A DNA stretch of 64,000 bases from Patescibacteria group bacterium (GTDB lineage: Bacteria; Patescibacteriota; Minisyncoccia; UBA6257; JACRHW01). Each line of letters opens with the position of its first letter. Position 1 is the first letter of the stretch. Positions 49,534 to 58,258 of the stretch are shown here, piece after piece. The notes under the pieces are model-generated. The model saw nothing but the letters and a program-made list of their open reading frames with translations, did not search any database and was not told the origin of the DNA. The stretch lies in the NCBI GenBank assembly GCA_028865725.1, contig JAGWJP010000001.1, forward strand, positions 55,377 through 119,376. The letters are read 5' to 3'. The position numbers were made by a program, and so were the translations under genes.

Positions 49534-50682
49534 TTATTGAGGAATCTGGCTGTGGAGTGCGTGAAGGACGCAGTTCGCGATATAGTGTCCGTTAATAAAC
49601 GCATCTTCCGTGCTTGGTACATCATGATCGTTTGCGAGATAAATATTCGGTTCAGGATGTTCATTAATGTATTCATCGCCGAAGAAAAAAAGTGCGGGCT
49701 GCCACGTGCCCTTAGTGATTACTTCCCAGGTGTCAAAATACTTTCCAATGCGATCGTCTCCGTTGTAAAAATACAGAAATGTGCCATTCGGCTCATGAGA
49801 AATTGCAGCCTCTTCTTCAATGGGGAAGAAATTATACCACGGTACGTCATATTCTTTTTTGATGACACCACGAAGATGATAGTAGTTTACATTAATTTGC
49901 CCTTTGATCTTTTGAGGAGTAATGAGCGTATTCGCGATATCCATAGGGGTGGCGAGGATGAGAATATCACATTCGTATTGAGTTCCGGATTTGGTTTCAA
50001 GAGTAAACGTGTTGTTTGCGTGCCGTGCAAGCGACGTCACGCGATCTATAATGATTTTGTTTTTGAAAGGTTTGGTGAGGATATCAAAATGAAAGATGAA
50101 TGAATAACTTGGAATGATGATAGTCGAAAGCACGCCGAGGAAGATGGTGGTCGGTACTTCGCGCGGATCGGTAAAATATGCCGCCCACAGAAATTGTTCA
50201 AGGTACTCTTTCGTTAATGCTTCGAGGTTCTTTTCCTTGATAAATTCTTTTGCGTTCTGATGATAGTACCGTTTCAAGTAGGGATCTGCTTCGATCAGCT
50301 CTCGATAAGGAGTATGCATGGCGCGCGCGCGTGCTGCTTGTACATGGCGGCGAAATATAAACAGCTCTTTTAAAAGGCGCAGTCCTGCTGGAATGTGGCG
50401 CAGCATACGGAGCGAGAAAGCGCGGTATTGCGTGTGTCCCGAATGAAAATGGGCTTTGGCAAAATGCACCAAGTCTTTTTTGGTGATATACGGCATAATG
50501 TTTGCGCAATCGGCCGTGATATAATATGCGCCGTAATTGGTTTGTCCGTCGGGGGATGTTTTCACACGTCCGCCGATATTTTCGCTCACCAACAAAAAAT
50601 CCTCTCCTTGCTCCGTAAGACGTTTTGCGCACCCGAGCCCGTTGAGGCCTCCTCCTACGATGATGATTTTTGCGCGTGGCAT
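49534..50682 (-). CDS. FAD/NAD(P)-binding oxidoreductase (amine oxidase / desaturase-like)
   Basis: N-terminal Rossmann motif KIIIVGGGLNGLGCAKRL. 382 aa. Confidence 0.6.
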   Translation of the reverse strand: MPRAKIIIVGGGLNGLGCAKRLTEQGEDFLLVSENIGGRVKTSPDGQTNYGAYYITADCANIMPYITKKDLVHFAKAHFHSGHTQYRAFSLRMLRHIPAGLRLLKELFIFRRHVQAARARAMHTPYRELIEADPYLKRYYHQNAKEFIKEKNLEALTKEYLEQFLWAAYFTDPREVPTTIFLGVLSTIIIPSYSFIFHFDILTKPFKNKIIIDRVTSLARHANNTFTLETKSGTQYECDILILATPMDIANTLITPQKIKGQINVNYYHLRGVIKKEYDVPWYNFFPIEEEAAISHEPNGTFLYFYNGDDRIGKYFDTWEVITKGTWQPALFFFGDEYINEHPEPNIYLANDHDVPSTEDAFINGHYIANCVLHALHSQIPQ

Positions 50683-50699
50683 AGTGTGTTACTTGAAGA

Positions 50700-51323
50700 T
50701 TATTCTGGTAGTCCTATTATATAGGTTAACACATTTACGAAGTTTTGTTCTCGATAGGACCACGGCATTGCTTCTTCGGGGCTTATTTCTGCAAGAGTTT
50801 TTTCTCGATCCTGCGGGATAAAAATTGCGTTATAGCCGCCGCCATACGCGTTATGCTCATTCGGTGCGATCCAATCAGGATAATCGCCATAATGTTCTTC
50901 ATGAGCAATATGTCCTTCTATTGTGCGATGAAATACGTTGCATGTGCCTTCCGGTGTCGCATAGGCGACGGCGGAGCGTATAGCCGCATTGCGATTTTTT
51001 ACATCTCGCATTCGGTACAAAATTTCACCTCTTCCATATTGCTTCAAAAATGCTCCTGCGTGAATACCTGGGATTCCACCCAGTGCGTCGACGCGAAAGT
51101 CGGTGTCTTCAGTGATCACAGGTACGCCGATGCGTTTCGCTACCATAATGGCTCCGTTTCGCGCCACATCGGAAACATTGTCGCCTATTTCTTCGTAGGA
51201 TGCATTGTCACCATACGTCTCTTTTCCATTTATGATTTCGATCGGAATATCGTAATGCCCGGCGACAAATCGAATTTGCGCGAGTTTTGAGTGATTGCCG
51301 GTTGCAAATACAATTTGTTTCAT
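50700..51323 (-). CDS. rdgB: Non-canonical purine NTP pyrophosphatase (RdgB/Ham1 family)
   Basis: FATGNHSK and VITEDTDFRVDALGGIPG motifs. Confidence 0.75.
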   Translation of the reverse strand: MKQIVFATGNHSKLAQIRFVAGHYDIPIEIINGKETYGDNASYEEIGDNVSDVARNGAIMVAKRIGVPVITEDTDFRVDALGGIPGIHAGAFLKQYGRGEILYRMRDVKNRNAAIRSAVAYATPEGTCNVFHRTIEGHIAHEEHYGDYPDWIAPNEHNAYGGGYNAIFIPQDREKTLAEISPEEAMPWSYREQNFVNVLTYIIGLPE

Positions 51324-51335
51324 GAGCCGGTACTA

Positions 51336-51563
51336 TTATTTCTTTCCTTCGTTTTTCTTTCCGCGAAGTTGTAGGAGTTCTATCGTTGCCGAAGCGATAA
51401 ACACAATTTGCAGGATGATAAAGATACTATCACGGATGTTTATGCTATAGACGAGGAGGAACACGCCACCGATCATGAATAACACATCTTGTCGTTTTTC
51501 GTTTTTGAGCCAAATCGCAACGGATATTATGAGAAGTCCCAGAATGCCGAATATGATATGCAT
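51336..51563 (-). CDS. Small hydrophobic membrane protein
   Basis: 75-aa ORF, two predicted TM helices. Confidence 0.35.
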   Translation of the reverse strand: MHIIFGILGLLIISVAIWLKNEKRQDVLFMIGGVFLLVYSINIRDSIFIILQIVFIASATIELLQLRGKKNEGKK

Positions 51564-51576
51564 AAGATGAATTTTG

Positions 51577-51595
51577 GTGGACCTACGGGGAAGCG
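51577..51595. repeat. 18-19 bp direct repeat of the tRNA-Ala 3' end (att-like remnant)
   Basis: tggtggacctacggggaa appears here and again at 51703-51720 inside tRNA-Ala. The copies are about 105 bp apart. Structured spacer with gtgcac palindromes and hairpins. Confidence 0.5.
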
Positions 51596-51702
51596 GTCAC
51601 AACTTTTTTGCTTCGCAAAAAGTCGCGACCCCGTCTCGCGTGCACTGATGTGCACATGCTCCGACTTTCGATTCCCTACACAAGCAAAGCGGTTTGCTTG
51701 TT

Positions 51703-51776
51703 GTGGTGGACCTACGGGGAATCGAACCCCGCCTTCCTCCATGCCATGGAGGCGTAATACCGATTTACTATAGGCC
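51703..51776 (-). tRNA. tRNA-Ala (anticodon GGC) with encoded CCA
   Basis: Reverse complement GGGCCTATAG...CCTCC-ATGGCAT-GGAGG...CGGGGTTCGATTCCCCGTAGGTCCACCA. Confidence 0.85.
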
Positions 51777-51788
51777 CGTTGCTCTTCC

Positions 51789-52778
51789 TTATATATACTG
51801 TACTTCTTCTGAGAGTTCAATTCCGAATTTTTTCTGTACGCGATGTTTTAGGCGCTTTACGAGTCTTGCGAGATCATGTGCCGTTCCGTTTCCTTTGTTG
51901 TAGATAAGGTTTCCATGATAGGCCGCGACGGCAATGTCGTGCTCGGCAAGTCCCATCGCGCCCGCTTCTTCGAGGAGGTATCCACTTGCGAGTTTTCCAA
52001 ATGTTATTTTTTCTGGCGGTATTTTTTTCATGAACTCATCGCGTAACGAGGCAGGGGATATCATTTTGATGACAAGATTTTTAAAAAAGCTTCCTGGGCA
52101 GCGCATTCCACGTGGATACTTTTTTTCACGAAGGCGTATCGTATCGCGCGAGATTTTTTTGAGTGCCGCAGGATGCGCATGTGTGTAGGTGAATGTCGCT
52201 GCAAGGATGATCCAATTCTTTTTCTTTTTGAAGATACTTGAGCGGTAGCGAAACATACATGCATCGCGCGTAAGCCACCGCACGGTGCGCCCGTCATATA
52301 TTTGTACGTGATGGAGGCAATCCTTAATTTCTTGGCCATAGGCACCCGCGCATCCATAGATTGCGCCACCTATTGTGCCTGGGATACCTGCCATGCGTTC
52401 CATGCCCGCCAATCCTATTGCGTTTATCCTTTTTATTAATGCGAGGAGGTTGTATCCCGCGCCGACAGTGATGGAATGAGTGCTTTTATCTATCGTACAG
52501 TCCGCAATACGGTTTTGTATCACAAGGCCGTTAAATCCAATGTCCTCCGCAATGATGTTCGATGCTTCCCCGATCACCACATACGGCATGCGATAGGCAC
52601 GCGCGAGGCGAACTGCTTCAAGAAGTTCGTGTTCGTGTTGCGCCATAACTATATAGTGCGCAGGTCCGCCAATATGTATGGACGTTATTTCGCGGAGAGG
52701 ATACTCGATCCGCAGTCTTTTTTTAAAAAGAGTGTGGAGCGCGTTCTCTATAGTGTCGGTACGCGTTTTCATGTACAT
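51789..52778 (-). CDS. murB: UDP-N-acetylenolpyruvoylglucosamine reductase
   Basis: FAD-binding domain ITSIHIGGPAHYIV...VVIGEASN. MurB C-terminal domain GAGYNL...AGMERMAGIPGTIGGAIYGCAGAYG. Confidence 0.85.
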   Translation of the reverse strand: MYMKTRTDTIENALHTLFKKRLRIEYPLREITSIHIGGPAHYIVMAQHEHELLEAVRLARAYRMPYVVIGEASNIIAEDIGFNGLVIQNRIADCTIDKSTHSITVGAGYNLLALIKRINAIGLAGMERMAGIPGTIGGAIYGCAGAYGQEIKDCLHHVQIYDGRTVRWLTRDACMFRYRSSIFKKKKNWIILAATFTYTHAHPAALKKISRDTIRLREKKYPRGMRCPGSFFKNLVIKMISPASLRDEFMKKIPPEKITFGKLASGYLLEEAGAMGLAEHDIAVAAYHGNLIYNKGNGTAHDLARLVKRLKHRVQKKFGIELSEEVQYI

Positions 52779-52832
52779 TGATAAAATACAATGTTTTCGG
52801 TACCATTACAATTGTTCGGGCGAACGGAGAAG

Positions 52833-52904
52833 GCTCCTGTAGTTCAATGGATAGAACATCCCCGTCCTAAGGGGAGGATGCAGGTCCGATTCCTGCTGGG
52901 AGCA
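52833..52904 (+). tRNA. tRNA-Arg (anticodon CCT)
   Basis: GCTCCTGTAGTTCAATGGATAGAACA-TCCCC-GTCCTAA-GGGGA...GCAGGTCCGATTCCTGCTGGGAGCA. Confidence 0.8.
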
Positions 52905-53054
52905 CACACTAGTGAGAGGTGTTTTGCGACCGTGTTTCTCGGTACTCCTGGGCGACCACGAGAGCCGACCCGACTGTACGGAAACACGTTTCACACACAA
53001 CAATAGCGCAGCATTTTGCCGCGCTCTTGTTGTCTCTCTCCACACATGACCCCG

Positions 53055-54395
53055 CTATACCGTTTCTTTCTGCACCAAACTGATCGTTCTGTCTTTGAGC
53101 GTAAGCCTACTTTTCAAGTTTGAAAGCAGCTCTCGCTTCTCTGTGATTGATCCGTCAGTCAAAATGTAGGCGGCATAGGCTTTCACATCAAAGATATCCG
53201 ATTCGTCATTCTTTTCCTTGGCTTTCCCCAACGCAATCCTCCTGAACTTGTTGTAACGGGTTATCTCATCATTGAATTTTTGTTTCACGCCAAGTTCGTT
53301 TAGATCGAGGGTATTCAAGATAGGGATGATTTGTTCAATGATCTCTTCTTCTTTGATGTAGCCGCACGGACAGTTTACATCTCTCCGCTTCGTACATCCG
53401 TAGTACACGTAACGGTGGGTATTCCCATTCTTCTGGTACTTCCATTTCTCGGAGGCGGTAATCCCTGATCCGCATAATCCACACGTTATCAACTTCGTGA
53501 AGGCGAACTCCTTGTCATTCTTCACCTCGCTCCGAACAAGCTGTTCCCGCGCGCGATCGTACAACTCTTTGGTAATGATAGGAGTATGAGTCCCTGTATA
53601 CCAATTCCCTGATCCTTCGGGGAATTCGAAGACGCCGTAATAGAAGGTTTTCTGGAGAATGAGGAAGATGTTTGAGAGCGAGAGATGTTTTCCATTTCCC
53701 GTTTTGAAATCTACATCGTTCCGAAGCCATTGATACAAGCGGCGGCCGCTCCATCCTTCATGCGCCACCTTCTCAAACATTTGTTTGATGATGGGTGCTC
53801 GTACCGGATCGACAATCACTTCACAGGGCTTATCCTTTCGTTTCTCATTCAGATAACCTGTTGGCGCGACAGAGGGACGAAGTCCTTGTTCGCAGCGTGT
53901 GCGCAATCCGCGTTTTACGTTCTCTGACTTATTGTCATTTTCAAGCTTGGCGGTGGAACACAGAATCATCAGCATGAATTTTTCGCTTGGGCTATTGGAG
54001 AATTTCTGTGAAAAAGTTCGGATTTCGATGAGGAGCTTCTGATCCATGAGATCGACAAGGCTTCCAAGATCGCCCGCATTTCTTGAAAGCCTATCTGGCG
54101 CCCAGGTCAGGATTCCATTAAACTTACCTCCGCGTATATCCTTGAGGAGTTCATTGAACACCTCACGCTGTCCTGTCGCCTTAGCAGAATGGCTCTCCTT
54201 TCTAATCTCTGTGATCTCCAAACCATCCCGCTCGGCAATCTTGATCATTTCTTTGATTTGAGAATCGATGGAAAGCACCTGCTGTTCCTCTGATTCCGTT
54301 GATTTTCTTGCGTACAAACAGTAGGCGACCTTTGTTGGCAGCGGTGGATTGGTTGAGGACGCCGTGCCTGCCGCCCCCTTTAGTTGATTGTTCAT
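53055..54395 (-). CDS. Large serine recombinase (second copy), adjacent to tRNA-Arg(CCT)
   Basis: YCLYARKSTESEEQQVLSIDSQ catalytic region, recombinase and zinc-ribbon domains. The ORF-track start at 54503 would read through the conserved post-VR element, so the internal Met at 54395 is preferred. Confidence 0.8.
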   Translation of the reverse strand: MNNQLKGAAGTASSTNPPLPTKVAYCLYARKSTESEEQQVLSIDSQIKEMIKIAERDGLEITEIRKESHSAKATGQREVFNELLKDIRGGKFNGILTWAPDRLSRNAGDLGSLVDLMDQKLLIEIRTFSQKFSNSPSEKFMLMILCSTAKLENDNKSENVKRGLRTRCEQGLRPSVAPTGYLNEKRKDKPCEVIVDPVRAPIIKQMFEKVAHEGWSGRRLYQWLRNDVDFKTGNGKHLSLSNIFLILQKTFYYGVFEFPEGSGNWYTGTHTPIITKELYDRAREQLVRSEVKNDKEFAFTKLITCGLCGSGITASEKWKYQKNGNTHRYVYYGCTKRRDVNCPCGYIKEEEIIEQIIPILNTLDLNELGVKQKFNDEITRYNKFRRIALGKAKEKNDESDIFDVKAYAAYILTDGSITEKRELLSNLKSRLTLKDRTISLVQKETV

Positions 54396-54454
54396 ACACC
54401 CAAAGGAATGACGCAAACCACCCTGAGCGTCAAGGGTGGGTGAAATGTGATTAT

Positions 54455-54518
54455 AAAAAATTTTTCGAACGTCCAAGGAATCAAGAAGAACCAAGACAAT
54501 CAAGCACCCAAGGCGAAA
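54455..54518 (-). repeat. Conserved ~64-nt element immediately 3' of VR-A (copy 1 of 3)
   Basis: gtttcgccttgggtgcttgattgtcttggttcttcttgattccttggacgttcgaaaaatttttt on the gene strand. Copies are near-identical after each VR stop. Confidence 0.7.
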
Positions 54519-55346
54519 CTACCGAGAGGGACAGACGCCCAGAGTGGAGTAAGTGCTGCCGCGGGAAACGCTGCGGACGCTGAGACCGCCCGAATCGAAG
54601 CTGCCAACGAGGACGAAGCCGCCGCCGGACGACTGAACACCGGTCCAGTCCCATTTATCTTCTAAGAGCGATTCTTTATTGGCGCCATAATATAAAAACG
54701 TATCGTACGCAATTTCTACAGGAGTTCTTCGCTTTACTGAAGCAGGATCAATGTTATTCTGTTTAGCCCAGTCTTTGAGAACCTCTTCTTGTTGGTCCCA
54801 GTTTTTTCCTAATGAATCGGGTAATACCGATCTTGCCACAAGACCCCAACCGAGCTTCGGAGTATCTTCGATAGCGAATTTTTCAGCGTCATACCACCCT
54901 TCACCTTTTTTGCTCACGAACATTTTTTGCTTCTTTTTCTTGGGATTGCCTAATGTGTCGCCACTTGAGAACCTCTCACGTATTTGATCGATAGTTAGCG
55001 GTTTTTCGGTTTTCCCTTCGCCAAGTCTTGATACTCTTAAGACAAGCATCATTCCCAATTTCTTTGCCTGTTCTAGTTCTTCTCGCGTAAAGGGTATTGT
55101 CTCTATTTTTTCTGATTCTTCTGGACTAAGTTCAACGCCATACGTGGCTTTAATGGCTTCGGGTCCTAGAAAGTCTTTACCAAATATTTCTTGGGCCTCG
55201 GTAAATTCAATGGATCCTTCTTTGGCCTCTGGTACAAGATTTTCTTTTTTTGCAATATCCAAAGCTTGCGCTACTTTCTTTTGTGTAGAGGTTTTGTATT
55301 TATTCGGCTCGTATTCGTCGTAGATTTTGTAGGCTTCGAAGGGCAT
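54519..55346 (-). CDS. DGR-2 target (variable) protein A. The C-terminal ~40 aa are encoded by VR-A.
   Basis: 275 aa with no signal peptide. Paralog of the genes at 57411 and 60045 (MPFEAYKIYDEYEPNKYKTSTQKKV...). C-terminus ends ...LGVCPSR. Confidence 0.8.
   Translation of the reverse strand: MPFEAYKIYDEYEPNKYKTSTQKKVAQALDIAKKENLVPEAKEGSIEFTEAQEIFGKDFLGPEAIKATYGVELSPEESEKIETIPFTREELEQAKKLGMMLVLRVSRLGEGKTEKPLTIDQIRERFSSGDTLGNPKKKKQKMFVSKKGEGWYDAEKFAIEDTPKLGWGLVARSVLPDSLGKNWDQQEEVLKDWAKQNNIDPASVKRRTPVEIAYDTFLYYGANKESLLEDKWDWTGVQSSGGGFVLVGSFDSGGLSVRSVSRGSTYSTLGVCPSR
54522..54641 (-). repeat. DGR-2 variable repeat A
   Basis: Reverse complement matches TR2 (61178-61297). Differences are almost all at TR adenines. 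One G-to-T difference. Confidence 0.75.
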
Positions 55347-55347
55347 G

Positions 55348-57333
55348 CTATAGGTCTTGTGTATATTTTAGAATAACGTTTTGGACCGCCTGTGGCAATG
55401 TTTTGATGTCAGCAATAACTTCAGCATCGGGTTTGTAGGTTTCTTTAACAGCTCCGCCTGATTCAGTCATACCAAGACCCAACACAATAACTCCTTTGCT
55501 GCGCAATTCACGAAGGATGCCCTGAACCCGAGAGGCATCCTGACTCTCTCCATCAGAAAGTACCACGACCACCTTTCTTCTCGTTTTTTCTCGCAATTCT
55601 TTCTCTTGCTCTTGCGTAATTGATTTCAGGACCGCATCCAAAGAAAGGTAATCAGGAGTGCCTCCTCCTGCTTTATGCATTTTCTTCCAAATACCAACCC
55701 TATCTTTCTCTGACAACTCCGGCGAAAGTTCTTTCAGTTCGGTATCGCCAAAGTCACCAAAGGCCCTTGTCTCTGTTCTTACCTGAAGACCAAGGACTAT
55801 ACCGCTTTCATATTCAGCTTGTTTGATTTCCTTTTGAAAATCAGCGAGCGATTCCAAGAATAGTAGTTTACTCTTCCGGTCCATTTCTAACTTACCGCCT
55901 TCGCTCATAGAACCAGAAAGATCGTTTACGAGAGACATGTCCAACATACCATAACCTTTTTGTTCTTTCTGATGTTTTTCAAGTTCACGAAATGCGTGTG
56001 GCTCTCCGCCCATCCGAGATTCGATGGAAGATTCGACGAGCGTGTCTTCGGATAATTCTTCACCTTCCGTCTCGAGCTGTGGCGAAAACTTCCAACGTTC
56101 TTTGAGGCGTCGAGAAATAATCTGTTTAAATACTTCTCGCAATTCAGCGACGAGCGGAGCAATTTCTGCATATTCCTTACGATACCCAAGAACATCCTCA
56201 GCGTTAACTCCGTGTTCACGAGCCCATTCTTCAAGAATATTCTGTTCTAGCGTTGGTGCTCCGCCTTTCTTGGCGACAATCTCTTCCATCATTTTCTTGA
56301 TCTGTTTCTCTTCTTCGTAGGTGATAGGTTCAGGGTGGCTGTCGTGGTATGTTTTGTATTGTTCTTTAAACTTCTTCTGAGCCGCTTCTTTCGCAGCACG
56401 ATCGCTGGTTTTTTTATCACCCTCGTTACCCGGCTTTTCTTCTTTTCCTTTGCCTTCTTGCGGTGTTTCCCTTTTTCTCTGCCACCATTTTCTTTTTTCC
56501 TGACCCGAACCTTGACCCTGTTGCGGCTTATCGGAAACCGTAGTGTCTGTTGGTGATACTTGCCCCTGATCTTTTTTACCATTCTTCTTTTCTTCCTCTA
56601 GGTCTTTCTCGTAAAGTTCCCGGTAGATAGGTTCAACGATCGTTCGCATAATGCGAAAACGATCTTTGGGATCAATGGTTGGTGTCGTGACAAGATCTAA
56701 AATATCTATTTTTTCAGAACCAAAACTTCGCAAGGTGTCCAACGCAGTTTGTGCATCTAGCCCAAGTTGTACTGCCTCACCGGACACCATCATCTGCCGG
56801 ATAAACCCATAGGTAAATTGGACATGGGAAGCTTTATCGGTGTAATCGGTTTGTGGAAACATCTTTTCTCGATAGAGAGTTTCACGTGTTTCCTTGAGAA
56901 ACGGAAGCTCAGCAACGATACGCCTGTTGCCTAACACGTCCTCAAAAATATTGTATAACAGATGGAGATGTTCTTTTGCACTATAACGCTTAGCCTCTTT
57001 TAAAATGAGCTCCGGATCGCGCAGGAGCTCGCCGTAGTGGGCCATGAGTTCATGTGTCGTGGCAAAGAGGGTTTCCTGAAGATTATACCCGCGTTCGATA
57101 AAGAAGTTGGGATCGTAGATAAGTTTTCGATTTTGAAAATCAAACGCCCAGCCGCCATTGCCCCGTTCTAAGGTAATGTCGCCCTTTAATCCATAGGCGG
57201 ACAAAAGCTCTGTCTCCCGATTCAAAAACTCCTCAACCGCAGGGGCATCAATTTCACGTTCTTTTTTAGGAACCTCCTGTTTTGGTGTATTACGAGGAGG
57301 TTCCATCCGATTTGTAGGGAATGATTCTTGCAT
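55348..57333 (-). CDS. von Willebrand factor A (VWA) domain protein with a long acidic/basic linker
   Basis: MIDAS LVNDLSGSMSEGG. C-terminal VWA fold ...VVVLSDGESQD...GVIVLGLGMTE. 661 aa. Confidence 0.7.
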   Translation of the reverse strand: MQESFPTNRMEPPRNTPKQEVPKKEREIDAPAVEEFLNRETELLSAYGLKGDITLERGNGGWAFDFQNRKLIYDPNFFIERGYNLQETLFATTHELMAHYGELLRDPELILKEAKRYSAKEHLHLLYNIFEDVLGNRRIVAELPFLKETRETLYREKMFPQTDYTDKASHVQFTYGFIRQMMVSGEAVQLGLDAQTALDTLRSFGSEKIDILDLVTTPTIDPKDRFRIMRTIVEPIYRELYEKDLEEEKKNGKKDQGQVSPTDTTVSDKPQQGQGSGQEKRKWWQRKRETPQEGKGKEEKPGNEGDKKTSDRAAKEAAQKKFKEQYKTYHDSHPEPITYEEEKQIKKMMEEIVAKKGGAPTLEQNILEEWAREHGVNAEDVLGYRKEYAEIAPLVAELREVFKQIISRRLKERWKFSPQLETEGEELSEDTLVESSIESRMGGEPHAFRELEKHQKEQKGYGMLDMSLVNDLSGSMSEGGKLEMDRKSKLLFLESLADFQKEIKQAEYESGIVLGLQVRTETRAFGDFGDTELKELSPELSEKDRVGIWKKMHKAGGGTPDYLSLDAVLKSITQEQEKELREKTRRKVVVVLSDGESQDASRVQGILRELRSKGVIVLGLGMTESGGAVKETYKPDAEVIADIKTLPQAVQNVILKYTQDL

Positions 57334-57344
57334 TGAGATAGTTA

Positions 57345-57410
57345 TAAAAAATTTTTTCGAACGTCCAAGGAATCAAAAAGAATCAAGAGATCCAAGCACC
57401 CAAGGGGAAA
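57345..57410 (-). repeat. Conserved post-VR element, copy 2
   Basis: Same sequence family as 54455-54518. Confidence 0.7.
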
Positions 57411-58229
57411 CTACCGAGAGGGACAGACGCCCAGATCGGAGCTCGTGCCGTCGCGGGTATCGCTGTAGACGTTGAGACCGTCCGAATCGAAGCGGCCAAC
57501 GAAGACGAAGCTGCCGCCGGACGACTGAACGGCAGACCAGTCATAAGAACTTTCGAGGAGAGATTCTTTGTTCGCACCATAATACAAAAGAGTATCGTAG
57601 ATGATCTCAACGGGAGTCCTACGTTTTACTGAAGCAGGATCAATATTGTTTTGTTTGGCCCAACTCTTGAGAACCTCTTCTTGCTGATCCCAGTTTTTAC
57701 TGCGTGATTCCTGTAAGACTTCTTTCATAACTAAACTCCACCCGAGTGAAGGCGTAACCTGTGTAGCAAACGATTCATTATTATACCAATCCTGATCGTA
57801 AAATATCTTTGTTTTTTTCTTGGTGGGATTACCCAACTTGTCTCCCGCCTTAAAAACTCCCCGCACATTGTTAATGCTAAAAGGTTTTGCAGTTTTATCC
57901 TTACCGATTCTTGGTATGCGTAAGACGAGCATCATGCCAAGTTGTTTTGCCTGTTCTAATTCTTCTCGAGTAAATGGGATGTTTTCGATACGTCCAAGTT
58001 CATCAGGAGAGAGTTCAATCCCGAACGTTGCTTTGACAGCTTCAGGACCCAAAAAATCCTTACCTAATAGTTCTTGGGCCTCATTGAACTCAATAGTTAC
58101 TTCCTTTGCCTCAGGCACAAGATTTTCTTTCTTGGCAATATCTAAAGCCTGAGCCACCTTCTTTTGCGTGGAAGTTTTGTACTTGTTGGGCTCGTATTCG
58201 TCGTAAATTTTGTAGGCTTCAAAAGGCAT
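57411..58229 (-). CDS. DGR-2 target protein B
   Basis: 272 aa. About 75-80% identical to target A outside the VR. C-terminus ...SFVFVGRFDSDGLNVYSDTRDGTSSDLGVCPSR. Confidence 0.8.
   Translation of the reverse strand: MPFEAYKIYDEYEPNKYKTSTQKKVAQALDIAKKENLVPEAKEVTIEFNEAQELLGKDFLGPEAVKATFGIELSPDELGRIENIPFTREELEQAKQLGMMLVLRIPRIGKDKTAKPFSINNVRGVFKAGDKLGNPTKKKTKIFYDQDWYNNESFATQVTPSLGWSLVMKEVLQESRSKNWDQQEEVLKSWAKQNNIDPASVKRRTPVEIIYDTLLYYGANKESLLESSYDWSAVQSSGGSFVFVGRFDSDGLNVYSDTRDGTSSDLGVCPSR
57414..57533 (-). repeat. DGR-2 variable repeat B
   Basis: Reverse complement aligns to TR2. All 12 or so mismatches fall on TR adenines. Confidence 0.8.
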
Positions 58230-58258
58230 GATTCGATACGCGTATCAACGAATGGTCA

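Noticed and set aside
53055-54503. ORF-track start of the second serine recombinase at 54503
   Set aside because: The first 36 codons would be translated from the conserved post-VR element. Homology to the other recombinase begins after Met37.
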